This document shows positions 22,601 through 32,900 of a stretch of DNA of 64,000 nucleotides, piece after piece. Origin of the DNA: a virus; IMG/VR virus record IMGVR_UViG_3300021197_001931, positions 32,001 to 96,000 of that record, one strand, 5' to 3'. The translations under genes and the position numbers were made by a program. Under the pieces are notes generated by a model. It was not told the origin of the DNA, did no database searches, and worked only from the letters and a program-made list of their open reading frames with translations. Every line of letters starts with the position of its first letter. The first letter of the stretch is position 1.

Positions 22601-25468
22601 TATAAAGAGAGAGTTTACCCATCTTCTATAAACGTTTTTTCCGCTAGTGTTAGAGTGAGGCAGGACTATAGCAATACTTTTTGGAGAAATGACAGAACCG
22701 GAAGAGCACGCTCAAATGTCTTCAGTTTTGGCAAAACTATATCAGACATTAGCATGTGGTCTCTAGACGCAGATACGGATTGGGCAACAAGGCAACCAAA
22801 TACTAGAGTTGGAACTAGCGGTGGCCCCGGTGTCTTGCAGAACAACTACTCACAGATACACAACGGCGATACAACTAAAATATTTGGATCGGTTCAGTAC
22901 GCAAGAAGGCACACGTTAGAAAATGTTCGATCTGTCGTTGGACCAGAGGGCTTGGATATACCCGCAACTGGAACCTATTATACGTCTCCCCTAGGATATA
23001 GGAGATCACACGATGAAGATAGGTTTGGAGGCCAAGCTCTATGGGAGGCCGCATCTCAAGCTGGAAAAACCCCATGGTATAATTCATATGATGACTATGT
23101 TCAAGAAATGAGACTAGCTGGTAAAGAATATTCAATTGTTCCAGAGTTTAGAATAAGCGACCACATAGAGTTGTACTACAAGGCAGATAATAGTAATTTC
23201 TTAGCTGATAGGCTTGATCTATTGAAAATAGAAGGAGGAGATAGCAACAAAAATAATAGTTCAAAACGCGATTTCTTTAAAACATATACAAACTCTGACT
23301 TTTTGAAATATTTTGGCGTTGTTCGCGATGACCTTAAAGATACTGGTTCTCCATCATCCATAAAACTCACATGCGGAGCTTTGTTAAAATTCCTTCCTTA
23401 TAATGGGTTTTATCCATCAGAACGAACGGTGGAAATTGCTTCAATGTTTTCTTCATCATATGGAAATTATCTAAACCTTGATCGAAAAGCTGGCATGGCA
23501 CCAGAAACGGCGTTTAGAACTTTTAACGCCCCAATGTTCGCTCCTGGTGTTATGTACAATACTATTAAGAGTGGAATAGCGGTAGACTACCCAGTGATGA
23601 CCTCTAGTTTCGATACACATGGTCTGGCATCGGCTGAGGATTCTTGTAGTTACATATCAGGAACGAACGGACTTGGGCTTTTTGGATATAGAGTTCCGTT
23701 TGAGTCCCTGGTGGAACCAGAGTCTTATTTATCTGATGTTGATCTTTTTGATATGGAAACACACCCAAGTGCAGCACTTAGTGTTACTGCTTCTTGGGCA
23801 GGTCAGGGCGGAAACTTGTATAAGATGATGGCCAGCAACTTCTTAGCAGAAAGTATAGATTTCTTCTTACCAGAGGGTAAATTAACAACTATAAGTTCAA
23901 AACCAGAGGATCAGTGGGAGTCTGCTGAAAAAGGAAGAGTGTATGCTGCGAGAGTTAAGATGCGCAAGACATATAATAAGTCTACGATAAGAACAGGATC
24001 GCAGGGATACTACAATCCACTAACTCCTGCGTCTCTATGGAGGCAGGCTGATTACCATGAGACATTCACTATGTACAGCCGTCCTAGCGCATTTGGGCCC
24101 CCCGTGGGTGGAGGAACACAAGGAACAGCTATTTACGGCTCTACCAACGGATTTAATCCTTGCTTTACTCCGCCTTACTATTATGGTGAATGTTGGGCTG
24201 ACATATTCTGGACAGCTGATAAAGCTGGAAATATTACTGCAGAGGATATCACAAATTCAAACAGTTTGGCGATCTCCTATATTAGAATTGGAAATGACTG
24301 GGCTCTGTCAAACGCCACAGGTAAGGGCACTGTGGGAGTGTCTTCAAGGAATACCTTACTTCATTCTGATAATATTGAGTCGAACTCAATGCAGTTAGAT
24401 GCGTCGTTAAATTTGCTAGCAAAAGCTGAGACTAAGAAAATAATTTATGACGCCAATACAGGGAAACCAACAATAGCGGAAGACGGTGGACAGGCAGTGT
24501 TAACTGTCCAAACAAAGTTTGAAACGCCTATGCTTAATTTTGCAGAAGTATCTGTCACCAATCCAACGCACGGAAGCGCCAGTATACCCAGGGGCATGTG
24601 GCACCAATACGCTCAGCCACCTTCATCGCCAGACATAGGGGTATTTTTGTCTATAAATGATGTACCAGATAACTATATTGAAAATGCATTAGGTGGCGTC
24701 CCCGCTTCCACTGGCTCATTAATCGATTTGCTTGGATTTAAGACAGAGGAACAAAGGCTTGGAGAGGTTTCGGAGACCAAAAAAATAAGTGAAGCTATCG
24801 TTGCGATACCATATATTGAAAAGGGTGGTGAAAGAAAGTTTTTTGAAATTTCTAGAAAAGTAGTAGACGAGGCGTTGCTAGACAACCCGACAGTTTCAAA
24901 TAGCGTAAAGCAGATGGTGGATTCTATGCAAAAATATATATTGCCACCAAAGCTTGACTTTGTAGAAAACCCTGATGCCGTCGACCCGTTTGCGATGTAC
25001 ATATTTGAATTTGAACATGTACTAGACCGGGATGATTTAGTTGATATTTGGCAAGGACTGCCACCAAAAATAGGACAGGCCTTTGATTCGGAGTCGACTC
25101 AGTTTACTTCTGGTAAAGGGCCACACACTTCTCAAATTATAAAAGAAGTTGAGATATCTCACCCATTGCTAGTTGGGGAATTATTAAATAAAGACAATAT
25201 ACCCAGCAAACTAAGATGGATGGTCTTTAAGATCAAGAAAAAAGCGCAAAAGAATTATTTTGACAAAGTCATAAAAGATCATGCAAGCAATGGGGGAAGA
25301 TTTGATAGTTCTAAATTAACCAATGTTGGTAGAATAAATTCTAGCAAAGGCTCTAGTCCAAAGTATACCTACAATTGGCCTTATGATTTCTTTTCTTTAG
25401 TAGAACTAGTTAAACTAGACGCAGAAATAGAGATATCAAACGACTTAGACAGCCAGGAAAAATCATAA
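16670..25468 (+). CDS. giant (2932 aa) baseplate wedge protein (gp7/P2 gpI-like core) with LamG/concanavalin-like domains
   Basis: LamG motifs TVEFW, WAHYAIT, LYING, LDEFRYW; wedge motif IYNNL.YI.KTKGTEKAFRNLI.CYG. Confidence 0.7.
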   Translation: MSSSDQFNSGPKTISAKSMADLGTDAESAENIIAKKNRLKVFLPPIDYSTASNFAVYGSAEKYYTDAVKRVYLEYPYDGSEKEINEYILSSSFLDQYIFNKRYPRTNGFARFATKNSWGSLVDSSGDYGAPATSSYEYITFYGGPNTSYNTNESIASAFSSSHNQNNIFDLSKKRGSNLALNPTSGSTVEFWLNKSAFLPALTKKEVILDIWNGNGVRADSSYGRFMIEISASGHASQDATGRGGLNPFRLTYLSGTTGISNQVIGSTSLTTSSIADNTWAHYAITVVSSSDEGLNAKLYINGELDDSRDYAAIGTMNEVTGAFRANIGSLMYEPPIGTDAPNIGWGKLSADLDEFRYWKIERSAKDIGRNWFTQVRGGTNTDDANVDLGVYFKFNEGVTGEDSADSTVLDYSGRISNGSWTGYDSQSRNSGSAIVLSRAASSEFKDPIIYSSHPDVESILSELKLEGRVYDQENNSSIINSMPAWIVESDTNGDLQNLVQIVASYFDRLQNQIRELPRIKNISYLSSSYASPAFASELVNSTGMFASEMFIDSNIIEEIMSRDEDRNFDLDFDEIRNRIYQNIYNNLIYINKTKGTEKAFRNLIHCYGVDESLIRMNMYGDEVTYELKDNFRSSVVAKNLVDFTGPGKNQGTIFQMSASNNSDSVSFITGSGATGKEDFIGFTLESEILFPTTPGICETTASIGNPIVTSSLFGMHGANGYTPADTTWPENDYADIRVVAIRPGGDFNEDDAYFMVTSSFAGLPTLTTDTYKDVYNNNKWNFAIRIINDKYPLGDVVTGVSGSDTGYKLEFYGVNQTLDVTEDEFYITGDISTQDAVNVLRSDKRVFAGAHRTNFTGSILQFSDVKLSSVRYWANQISNDVIKAHARDTSNYGTFFPHRNAFLNQSTAIGTYIPEIETLALNWSFDNLTGSSPTGRLEVLDSSSGSLELQDRYGWLGKVVKAQHTAVGFGFPFDDKKVINREFIHTAKQSLPENVQSSEMVNILSRDDEVFTRDQRPVNYYFSIEKSMYQVISDEILNTFATIVEFNNLIGDPVNRYRQDYKILEKARSLYFEDVENVPSLDKFIDFYKWIDSSLSNFLYQLIPASAKSSNQIRTLIESHILERNKYWTKFPTLEKKVPGGPSGLVTAAASLGGGTSDSPYRSRDGANAVLDSAPIPYVETKHASYWKKRASRTESPLATGITGVDNDKQTILNALQSGYDRDISRPFVLNKKVDKTFHGGTNYPKIKKKDIIFNATSPDGPQATSGVPLNVMLVNDTEVQNFENIDDILDPNKKKFYSFTCRIRREDETGLQYVNNNTYTSVLKGDIAAPFRLVSGSITTGYNKLIAENFKTGTILTNLHEDTFVTNERSLQGPFTDAHVGGHQSRHIDINRFDPLKATIDKIDNQETRPEAWRILIGTEYGTDTTMLGITGPDYPYPVGPYPYTLFKKASRYRNVGAKRPVNIRNINYTTASNVVGNYSNNYEIFQTAGRSINNKYFVANEGISLPTSPLDLKAALPQTNTLSTLLGLKFGYTSLGNYFGVKLASDGALDVSNRYEILGNFDTIMRTGSATKSIFVNRFSAPGGPEVNTVSYLDIAAAEKSAYNALPFRNLSVLTSGSGEAAAIRADNLNRRIGLRTLLKEHAGSFGTGLNATIPTDEYASVPSWHKVNRNPVRRIEINGDKSPSDNSYVTGTIYDNGFISHAIPRGDHQYSWISASAAPFERIYGHAYGDSVISSSVGGFQQAILFLSQSHNTVSATSGKPIVVDFVGLNTLIVENIDVENNIASGSSGKGRLGDYINIDFKDDNLSTTFAAGEVLNALLLHRNGPYGVNTWTQIRGGDKKLTRLLRNRNIISHFNKTEYEYPLKTDNIRPKQLRGKLFNFTEAPLQKKFNSLSHNVSIKTTTSDGREITKNASFETSYGNALSYFNNAELDNLLADQTEQISVPAYDKIINLYTGDQTNNPDSPIEKFNSLTYKERVYPSSINVFSASVRVRQDYSNTFWRNDRTGRARSNVFSFGKTISDISMWSLDADTDWATRQPNTRVGTSGGPGVLQNNYSQIHNGDTTKIFGSVQYARRHTLENVRSVVGPEGLDIPATGTYYTSPLGYRRSHDEDRFGGQALWEAASQAGKTPWYNSYDDYVQEMRLAGKEYSIVPEFRISDHIELYYKADNSNFLADRLDLLKIEGGDSNKNNSSKRDFFKTYTNSDFLKYFGVVRDDLKDTGSPSSIKLTCGALLKFLPYNGFYPSERTVEIASMFSSSYGNYLNLDRKAGMAPETAFRTFNAPMFAPGVMYNTIKSGIAVDYPVMTSSFDTHGLASAEDSCSYISGTNGLGLFGYRVPFESLVEPESYLSDVDLFDMETHPSAALSVTASWAGQGGNLYKMMASNFLAESIDFFLPEGKLTTISSKPEDQWESAEKGRVYAARVKMRKTYNKSTIRTGSQGYYNPLTPASLWRQADYHETFTMYSRPSAFGPPVGGGTQGTAIYGSTNGFNPCFTPPYYYGECWADIFWTADKAGNITAEDITNSNSLAISYIRIGNDWALSNATGKGTVGVSSRNTLLHSDNIESNSMQLDASLNLLAKAETKKIIYDANTGKPTIAEDGGQAVLTVQTKFETPMLNFAEVSVTNPTHGSASIPRGMWHQYAQPPSSPDIGVFLSINDVPDNYIENALGGVPASTGSLIDLLGFKTEEQRLGEVSETKKISEAIVAIPYIEKGGERKFFEISRKVVDEALLDNPTVSNSVKQMVDSMQKYILPPKLDFVENPDAVDPFAMYIFEFEHVLDRDDLVDIWQGLPPKIGQAFDSESTQFTSGKGPHTSQIIKEVEISHPLLVGELLNKDNIPSKLRWMVFKIKKKAQKNYFDKVIKDHASNGGRFDSSKLTNVGRINSSKGSSPKYTYNWPYDFFSLVELVKLDAEIEISNDLDSQEKS

Positions 25469-25471
25469 AAA

Positions 25472-26482
25472 ATGACGTTTTTTAATAAAAAACAAGAAGT
25501 TATAGACCTTGAGTTGACGCCATTTGGAGAACAACTTCTTTCGGAGGGGTCTTTTGAGCCTGTTTATTACGCTTTTTTTGATGATGATGTTTTATACGAT
25601 GCCGGTGGAGCTGCAAATGCCGGGGAAGTACAAAATGAAATAGAGGCTAGAATACAGGATAACACTCCTAGTAGGAAAGCGCAATACATATATAAGGGCG
25701 TTGAAACAAATGTTGACACAATAGTAGCAGCTAATAGGATTGCGGCAGCTTTTTTCCCAGAGATAAGGCAACAAGAATTGGTTCTATTCCCACCGCTAAT
25801 AGATGGTGACTACTCTCTCATTGAGCCACTTGGATCTATGGAGATTGGTAGCGAGAATGCTCCATCTTGGGATATTAGAGTCTTAAAGGGAGAACTTTCG
25901 GGAGCCATTAACTATCTAACTAGTTCAGCCGACAATGGAGAAAATTCTAAAGTTCAAAGAATACCTCAACTAGATTTTGATGTGTCATACAAAGTAGCAA
26001 TTGGATGGGGTCCTGCACCTGGAGATAGAAATATAATCGGGGGCCCATATAATGATGGAACTTATCTATACTTACCAGAAGGCATCCCTGAATTAATTTT
26101 TAGTGTCGATGAAAAAAATGCTTCTAATGAGACTGAGTATGATATTGAAGTATATGAAGTAAATACTGTAGGTAAACAAAGAATTTTGACACCAAAACTA
26201 TTTCGAGAAAAGATTCCAATTGTAGTTGATGGATTGCTATTAGATAATGAAGAGAGAGCCGCTATACTTCGTGATGAAAGGCCACCAACTGAGGACATGG
26301 TAAGATACTATTTTAATATAGATACGGATCTGGATATTCCGGAAGAGCAAATATGTGAACTAATTCAGCATCTTAAGACACGAGGGGTTCAGGTTGATGA
26401 CATACCATACGACTGCCCAGAAATACTGCCTGTTGGTAGGTTTAATATTTACGAGTCTGACGCATCGGGAGAAGAATGTTAA
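25472..26482 (+). CDS. virion structural protein; N-terminus paralogous to 33451
   Basis: MTFF...ID.ELT.FG...L..G.F...YYAFFDDDVLY aligns with MAFL...ILDAVLTDLGR..LA.G...ITKFALADDEIDY. Confidence 0.6.
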   Translation: MTFFNKKQEVIDLELTPFGEQLLSEGSFEPVYYAFFDDDVLYDAGGAANAGEVQNEIEARIQDNTPSRKAQYIYKGVETNVDTIVAANRIAAAFFPEIRQQELVLFPPLIDGDYSLIEPLGSMEIGSENAPSWDIRVLKGELSGAINYLTSSADNGENSKVQRIPQLDFDVSYKVAIGWGPAPGDRNIIGGPYNDGTYLYLPEGIPELIFSVDEKNASNETEYDIEVYEVNTVGKQRILTPKLFREKIPIVVDGLLLDNEERAAILRDERPPTEDMVRYYFNIDTDLDIPEEQICELIQHLKTRGVQVDDIPYDCPEILPVGRFNIYESDASGEEC

Positions 26483-29400
26483 ATGTTAAAAATTAATGAA
26501 CAAAGCGTAAAAAGCGGACTTGCCCCAAATGTTTATATTCGTAAAATAAAAATATCTGAGGCTCCAGGCTCTTTTACAAAAACAAATAATTTAACAGACA
26601 ATACAAGGAAACCTACTCCTGTTCTGAATAGAATTGATGGATCATTGTCCTATGGTGCTCCAAATAATCAGGAAGATGAAGAATTACAAGGTACTCCACT
26701 TAATGTGCACATTGATTTGTCAGTTGTTGCTATAGATAATAAAAATAATAAAAAACTTAATTGGATAGATGACAGCCGTGCCAGGTCCCCCATGATTATC
26801 AAGGTGGTTCAAAGTTCCAATGTAAAACTAACGCAAGACTTGCTGTCAAATGGCGGCAGAAAGTTTTTTGACCAAAACAATGGGGAGGTTTTTAATAAGT
26901 ATAATAAGTTTATTGATTATCAAATCCAAGAGATTTCTTTATCATCGCGCGCTAATGAGGAGCCCGGCATTGTAAAGCAAAAGAACGCATTATCAAAAAG
27001 TAACATCCTTAGTCTAGTTAAGAGTGTTAAATTTGACGTTCAAAAGAATCCTAAACATTTGACATATTTTGTATTGTGCCAGATAGGAGATTCTCCCAAT
27101 GCAAGCCCACTCATACCACACAGTCCGGTGATTGTTGAAAATGTCATAAGAAATTCAAACATTGTGAAAGAGGCGTTTAAATTTATTGACCCCAGCAATG
27201 GAGCTATTTGGGCATCCTCGGTTCACTACCATGAACCAACTGGCTGGATGGAGGGGTCTTTTCACACAAACAAGCCTCACAAGAAGCTGATCAAGAGACC
27301 AGAAAAAAACACAAAAATAATTTATCAGCCAATTGTTGACAAGTTTAGCAACTTAGATATTAATTTGTCTAGTAATACCATTGACACTCCAATTAATTAT
27401 TTTTCTGATCTTTATATTACAAGAGATAAAGATGGAAACGCCTTATTTGGATTTAATTTTGATCATCTAAATTTTATGATAAATAATTCCAATTTTAATA
27501 ATCTATTTAAAAATTCTGATTCAAAGGTTGTGTCAGAGCTGCTGGCGGCTTCTCCAATTATTGATTTATCAATAAATAGAGATAGAGTTCGCACACACAT
27601 GGCAAGCAATCGATTACAGACACCGGCCAAAAGAATTGTGGACTTTAATGTAGAGGAGGGGCCCGATGTAATTGCTTCATCATACGATGATTTAGGAACT
27701 CTAAAGCCGAACGTCAAGTATTATTTTGAAGGAGAAAAGTCTTACAATAACGCCAGACTAGTCTTCAGTGGAGATGAGGTCCCAGATGGCTTTAAGCCAT
27801 ATGGTGAAATACAAGAGGTCCCTATAAGCAATAATCACTTTAGAATGTTTTCGGGAAGGGACCTATCTGTATCTGAGAAAACAGACGGGATATATCAATA
27901 CTCTGTTTCCATGCAGATAAAGGATGGAACAAAACAATTTATTCAAAACAAGCTAGCCGAGCTTCATTTTTCTATAAGTAATGTCGAGGATTATCTAGGA
28001 AGGGCATCATTTTCAAAAAACTACAATTATGGCACGGACAAATTCGAACAATCTTTTATCTCATCAGAGTTTGATTCAAGTAAATATTTGATACTGCCTG
28101 CCAATTCTTTACAAGATATTTATTCCGGGATACAAAAGACGAAGGGGCCCACGACCGTTCAGGATTGGTTTTCAGCAATAGTAAAATATATAGAGATATT
28201 GGACTTAATTTTCGATGTAGGCGATAATGACAAAGTTTCTTTAACAAATGTTTTATATTCCATGGTTAGCCCAACTACGGCGACTTTAGATAGTATTCAA
28301 GAGTTTATAAATGTATTGAAACTACTTTATAGTAAAATTGAGCACGCAATAGTTGATCCCTATGGCTCCCACTCTAAAGACAGAAGTTCAATATCTGGCG
28401 GGGGATCATATCCAATCTATAAAACTTCCTACAATTTTGTAGATTTGTATGATTCAAATGTAGTTAAAAATTCTGGAGTTGATTATTTGGGAGCCCAGCC
28501 GTCGCGCGGCTTTGCATCTGTCTCTAGGCAAGAGTTTGTCTCTAGAATACAAAGAGAATACGAAAGAATAGCAAATGATACAATGTCTGAGAGTGAAATA
28601 AAAAAGAATTTTAAATTTTTAACGGACAAAAATGTTAAAGCATTGTTTGGCAGTGATACTAAGGGCTCAGATATTGCCCCTGCTTTTATTGATCTAGATG
28701 GCAAAAGAGTTAACCTTTTGTCACAAAACGTAGATTCTTTAGATTATGTATCTGCAACGGCGGTTGCTCAAAACTTGTTGTTTGATAACGCTGCAGGATC
28801 CTTGTTCGTTGGCACTTCGGACGAAGTTTTAAGTGTTTTGGATCAGGTTGGAAAGGGAAGCTCGGCTAAACGCACCAAAGCAATAAAAGATATACAAAAC
28901 AAAACAAGCAAAACCCTGGGCTTTTCAGTAAAAGACGCCAATATGAAAAACCAAATTAATGCTGGAACAGTAAGCTCGGAAAAATACTTAGGAACAAATA
29001 ATAAATTTACAAGCACAAAACCCGCAGCAGACATAATATCTGTTAAGTTAGAAAAGACAGACCAAGAGACAGCAATTTCTGTTGTCAACAGGGTCCTGGA
29101 AATTTTAAATGTTTCTCCCAATTTACAATCATTTGTTGACAAAAATGATTCAACTAATATTTCATTTGACTTGAGTAAGGAAAATAACTTTCTTTCCAAG
29201 AATATAATACCATCCAAACAAAGTGACGATTTAAAAAAATCTGCAGAGCAAATTAATGATTTCATTAAAAATGAAATACCACATCAACAGAAGCTATTAA
29301 CATTAAAAAAAGATAGGCTATATAATGACTCAGCCGCAAAGGCATCAAGCGATGACGATGTAAAGTCAGACGGATTTATATACAATTTTGGAATGTTAAG

Positions 29401-29968
29401 AAGAGTAGAATATTTGAGTGGCTTTAAAAATAACTCAATTAAAGATGAAATTTGGAAAAAGCTGACATTTCAAAATATAGCCTCTACCGCAGGCACCTTA
29501 TTGTGTAGAATAAAAAAATATGATGAGCCTCTTTTAAATATAGGAAGTTACGAGCTTGTTAACAGCCTCCCAGTTTATAATGAGTATTTTACAATTACTT
29601 TAAATGGAGATAGCGCTGGTATGAATAGTAGACAGGCCGCAACTCAAACTGGCCTAAGTTATACCGATAACACACAGTTGTTATATAATGGAACACAGAG
29701 GGGGGTCATTGACGAATTATTGCGACTAACGTCTCTGGAATTTAACACAAACGGGGAGGTACAATATCTTATGACACAAATCCCCAGGGCTCCCACTAGT
29801 GCGTTTAGGAGAACAACAGGTATTGGAAAAGCTAAGAATATAACAAATCAATCTTCTCAAGTTGAACAAAGAGCAGACGCACCTAGATCGGGGGCTAGTG
29901 GTGCACCTGTTTCAAGATCCTCAACAAGGGGACGTAGAATAACCAGATCTTCAGGAGGGTCTTATTAA
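26483..29968 (+). CDS. large structural-cluster protein of unknown function (1161 aa)
   Basis: Long ORF abutting both neighbours; His-rich motif VHYH..GWMEG..H...H. Confidence 0.6.
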   Translation: MLKINEQSVKSGLAPNVYIRKIKISEAPGSFTKTNNLTDNTRKPTPVLNRIDGSLSYGAPNNQEDEELQGTPLNVHIDLSVVAIDNKNNKKLNWIDDSRARSPMIIKVVQSSNVKLTQDLLSNGGRKFFDQNNGEVFNKYNKFIDYQIQEISLSSRANEEPGIVKQKNALSKSNILSLVKSVKFDVQKNPKHLTYFVLCQIGDSPNASPLIPHSPVIVENVIRNSNIVKEAFKFIDPSNGAIWASSVHYHEPTGWMEGSFHTNKPHKKLIKRPEKNTKIIYQPIVDKFSNLDINLSSNTIDTPINYFSDLYITRDKDGNALFGFNFDHLNFMINNSNFNNLFKNSDSKVVSELLAASPIIDLSINRDRVRTHMASNRLQTPAKRIVDFNVEEGPDVIASSYDDLGTLKPNVKYYFEGEKSYNNARLVFSGDEVPDGFKPYGEIQEVPISNNHFRMFSGRDLSVSEKTDGIYQYSVSMQIKDGTKQFIQNKLAELHFSISNVEDYLGRASFSKNYNYGTDKFEQSFISSEFDSSKYLILPANSLQDIYSGIQKTKGPTTVQDWFSAIVKYIEILDLIFDVGDNDKVSLTNVLYSMVSPTTATLDSIQEFINVLKLLYSKIEHAIVDPYGSHSKDRSSISGGGSYPIYKTSYNFVDLYDSNVVKNSGVDYLGAQPSRGFASVSRQEFVSRIQREYERIANDTMSESEIKKNFKFLTDKNVKALFGSDTKGSDIAPAFIDLDGKRVNLLSQNVDSLDYVSATAVAQNLLFDNAAGSLFVGTSDEVLSVLDQVGKGSSAKRTKAIKDIQNKTSKTLGFSVKDANMKNQINAGTVSSEKYLGTNNKFTSTKPAADIISVKLEKTDQETAISVVNRVLEILNVSPNLQSFVDKNDSTNISFDLSKENNFLSKNIIPSKQSDDLKKSAEQINDFIKNEIPHQQKLLTLKKDRLYNDSAAKASSDDDVKSDGFIYNFGMLRRVEYLSGFKNNSIKDEIWKKLTFQNIASTAGTLLCRIKKYDEPLLNIGSYELVNSLPVYNEYFTITLNGDSAGMNSRQAATQTGLSYTDNTQLLYNGTQRGVIDELLRLTSLEFNTNGEVQYLMTQIPRAPTSAFRRTTGIGKAKNITNQSSQVEQRADAPRSGASGAPVSRSSTRGRRITRSSGGSY

Positions 29969-32900
29969 TGTCTACAATACCTCCATCAGGACCAGGTCCG
30001 TATCCACCACCAGGCGGGGGCTCTGGGCCCACTTTGCCCGACCTAGGTCCATCCGCAACGGAGCCATCGATTGCTGGTGATTTTCCGGGATTAAGAAATG
30101 GCTCAGAGCATGCAAAAAATGTTATTGTTGTTGACAAAGAGAACGCCTCTTTGTCTCTAAGTCCAAATACAGACCCAATTAGAAGAGACTCGCTCGCCCA
30201 TTGGGCCACCTTTGAAGAGAGTGGTTTACCGAATCAAACATTAGCTTGGATCAGAGATGGAAGACATGATAGCCTAGTAGAGTCTGCAAGAATAAACAAT
30301 ATTGAATATAGAACGTCAACTGATGATGGTGTGCCATCTGAACTTTTTCCATATGGCGTTAGAGAAGAGACGATAAGAATTACGTATAAAGATAATTTCT
30401 TAGGTGACGACCCAGAAGCTTTTCTTAGCTATCTTTTAGCAAATGGATTCGCCAACGTTGGTAGAGAATATTTTGACCACGCTTTAGAATATTTTGAAGC
30501 GTTTACGCCAGAACAAAACCAAGCTCTTTATGGGGATACAAGCGGGATGTCCCACCAATTGACTTCCCAGGTCGCGTTTGATTACAATTTTTATACAAAA
30601 TTATACGAAGAGAATGTAGGCAGATATACGATACCTGAGACAATATATCCCCATATATACACTTTTTATTTAGAAAAAGAAAGGGCACTAGAGGGAGGAG
30701 ATAGTCCATTTTACGGCGATATAGTCGATGCTTCTTACCTTGACCCCAGAATTGATCAGGAAGGGTATAGTGAACAGTGGATATACCATGATTTTATCAC
30801 ACTAAATAGGCCAATAGAAGAGCAGCGCATTTTTATAAATTTAATAAGAGAAACATCGGTTAGCTCTGAAAAAATTGGAGAAATAGATAGGGGAGAATAT
30901 TTTGATGTTTGGGCAGATAGATATCCAAATGCCCTGGCAGGCTCTGTTGAAACAGCAGCTGGCTCAACGCTGATTCGAATCGGAATAGACAAACTTACAG
31001 ACAAGTATAAAAATGTAATTATACCTTTGACCACTGAGGATAGAATTCATTCAAGCTACAATTCGTATAAAGAGTTGTTCCCTATGTTTGCAGATATACA
31101 ATTTTCACAAACGTCTCCGAACAAAGTGGTTCAAAGCCTAACAGACACACCAGATGATGATGCTAATTTTTCAATTTTTAATAATTTAATGAGAGATGTT
31201 ATTTCTGATTTTATAGCCCTAAGCAGAGTTGGCGGGATAAACGTATTTTCAACAGTTAAGAATTTTGCAGAAAACCACGAACAAGCATACCCAGACTCAC
31301 TAGGTAACCCTTCTCTTTTGCCTACTGCTGGAAACGCAACTAGAAGAGTTTTTAATTTGGGAGATTGGGCTCTCGGAGAAGAATCCATTGATTACAACGA
31401 ATCAGATTACATATTTTTACAAAATTTTGCTTCTGAAGAAGCTGAAACAACATTATCTGATCTGATTACAATAAGAAGAAATTCTGATGTCTTAGTTGAG
31501 GATTTTGTTTTAGCAGACATCCTGCCTAATTTAAGAAATACATTACTTAATGCGTACAACAATCACCGGAGAACTTATAGAGACATATTGTCTGGAAATA
31601 GGGCCTACTCTGAAGATGTGTTTTTTAAAGTTAGCAAATTTGCTATTTCGCCAAGCGGAGTCCGCTCTTCGACGCCCATTCAAAGTTTTTATCTTGTGAA
31701 TGACGAGCATAATAGAAGTGTGGTTAATCTTATAGATACGCAGTTAAAGTATGGCGAAACATATGAATATGAAATTAACACATGTAGGCTGGTGTATGGG
31801 ACCAAGACACGAATAACATCTGCTAGATATTTTAGACCTGATAGTTTTAGAATACGAACAGATGGGGAGCCTGGCTTTATGGTTTCTGGCGTGTTTAGGC
31901 CCGTTGTTGCTGGTGAAGTTTCTTTTATAGATGAAGCAACCACGCCAACAACCCCACCAATCGGCCCAGGCGGAGGCCCTGGCTCAGGGGGGACACCCCC
32001 AATTAGTTTCGAACCACTCCCAGCTGAGTTTTATTCCTCTGGGGGCCAAATAAATTTGGTTGATGTTGACATTCAACTTGTGCCTTCAATACAGCTCATT
32101 GAACTTCCTTATGTTTCATCTATAACGGCTGGGATTAACGTTTTGCGAAGAACTATGTTGGACGACCCTCCCATGCCACCAGAGGTTGAGGTGCTCCCAT
32201 ATACTGGTGTTAATGACCATCTTCTATTTTTACTAAATACTGGAGCTGGCTCAAGAGAGTTCTTGCCAATATCTTTCAATAGCGAAGAACAAAATTTTAT
32301 AGATAGGATTAGGCTAAACAATCCAGGGTCGGATACAGATGAAATTTTATATGAGAACGATGATCCATCAACTATATTTGAAGTTTATAGATTAGAGAGA
32401 AAACCCACTTCGTATAATGATTTTAAAGGAAACCTTTTAGCCGAGGTTAGCTCTATAGATGAATTAATAGGATACAGGCAAGCGTCGTCAGTTGGGTATC
32501 GAAACTTTATTCAGCCAAATACGGTATATTATTACATGTTTAGGGCGGTTGATATTCATGGGCACGTATCTCATCCAAGCCCAGTGTATCAAATTGAATT
32601 AATAGACGATCAAGGGGCAGTATATCCGATCATAAGAAGCTTTGAGTTTGAGTCGCAATTACAAAGAAAGTCTAAAATTAAAAAATTAAATAGATTTTTA
32701 AAAATTAGTCCCACTTTTTTGCAAAGTGTTCTGGGAGATCTAAGCATAACCTCTGGTCCCCCGGCTACTGCACCAAGGGAAGATAGTCTTCCTCTTGGGG
32801 TTCAAACCCTAAGTCTTTGGGACAAAAGTTTTAAAATTAGGTTGACAGGACGAAAAACTGGTAGGAAAATTGACTTAAATATCAATTTTAATAAAGAATA

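Noticed and set aside
21450-27509. Mid-gene CTATTTA copies (21450, 24128, 27502)
   Set aside because: Far from any start codon; several chance matches are expected in AT-rich DNA.
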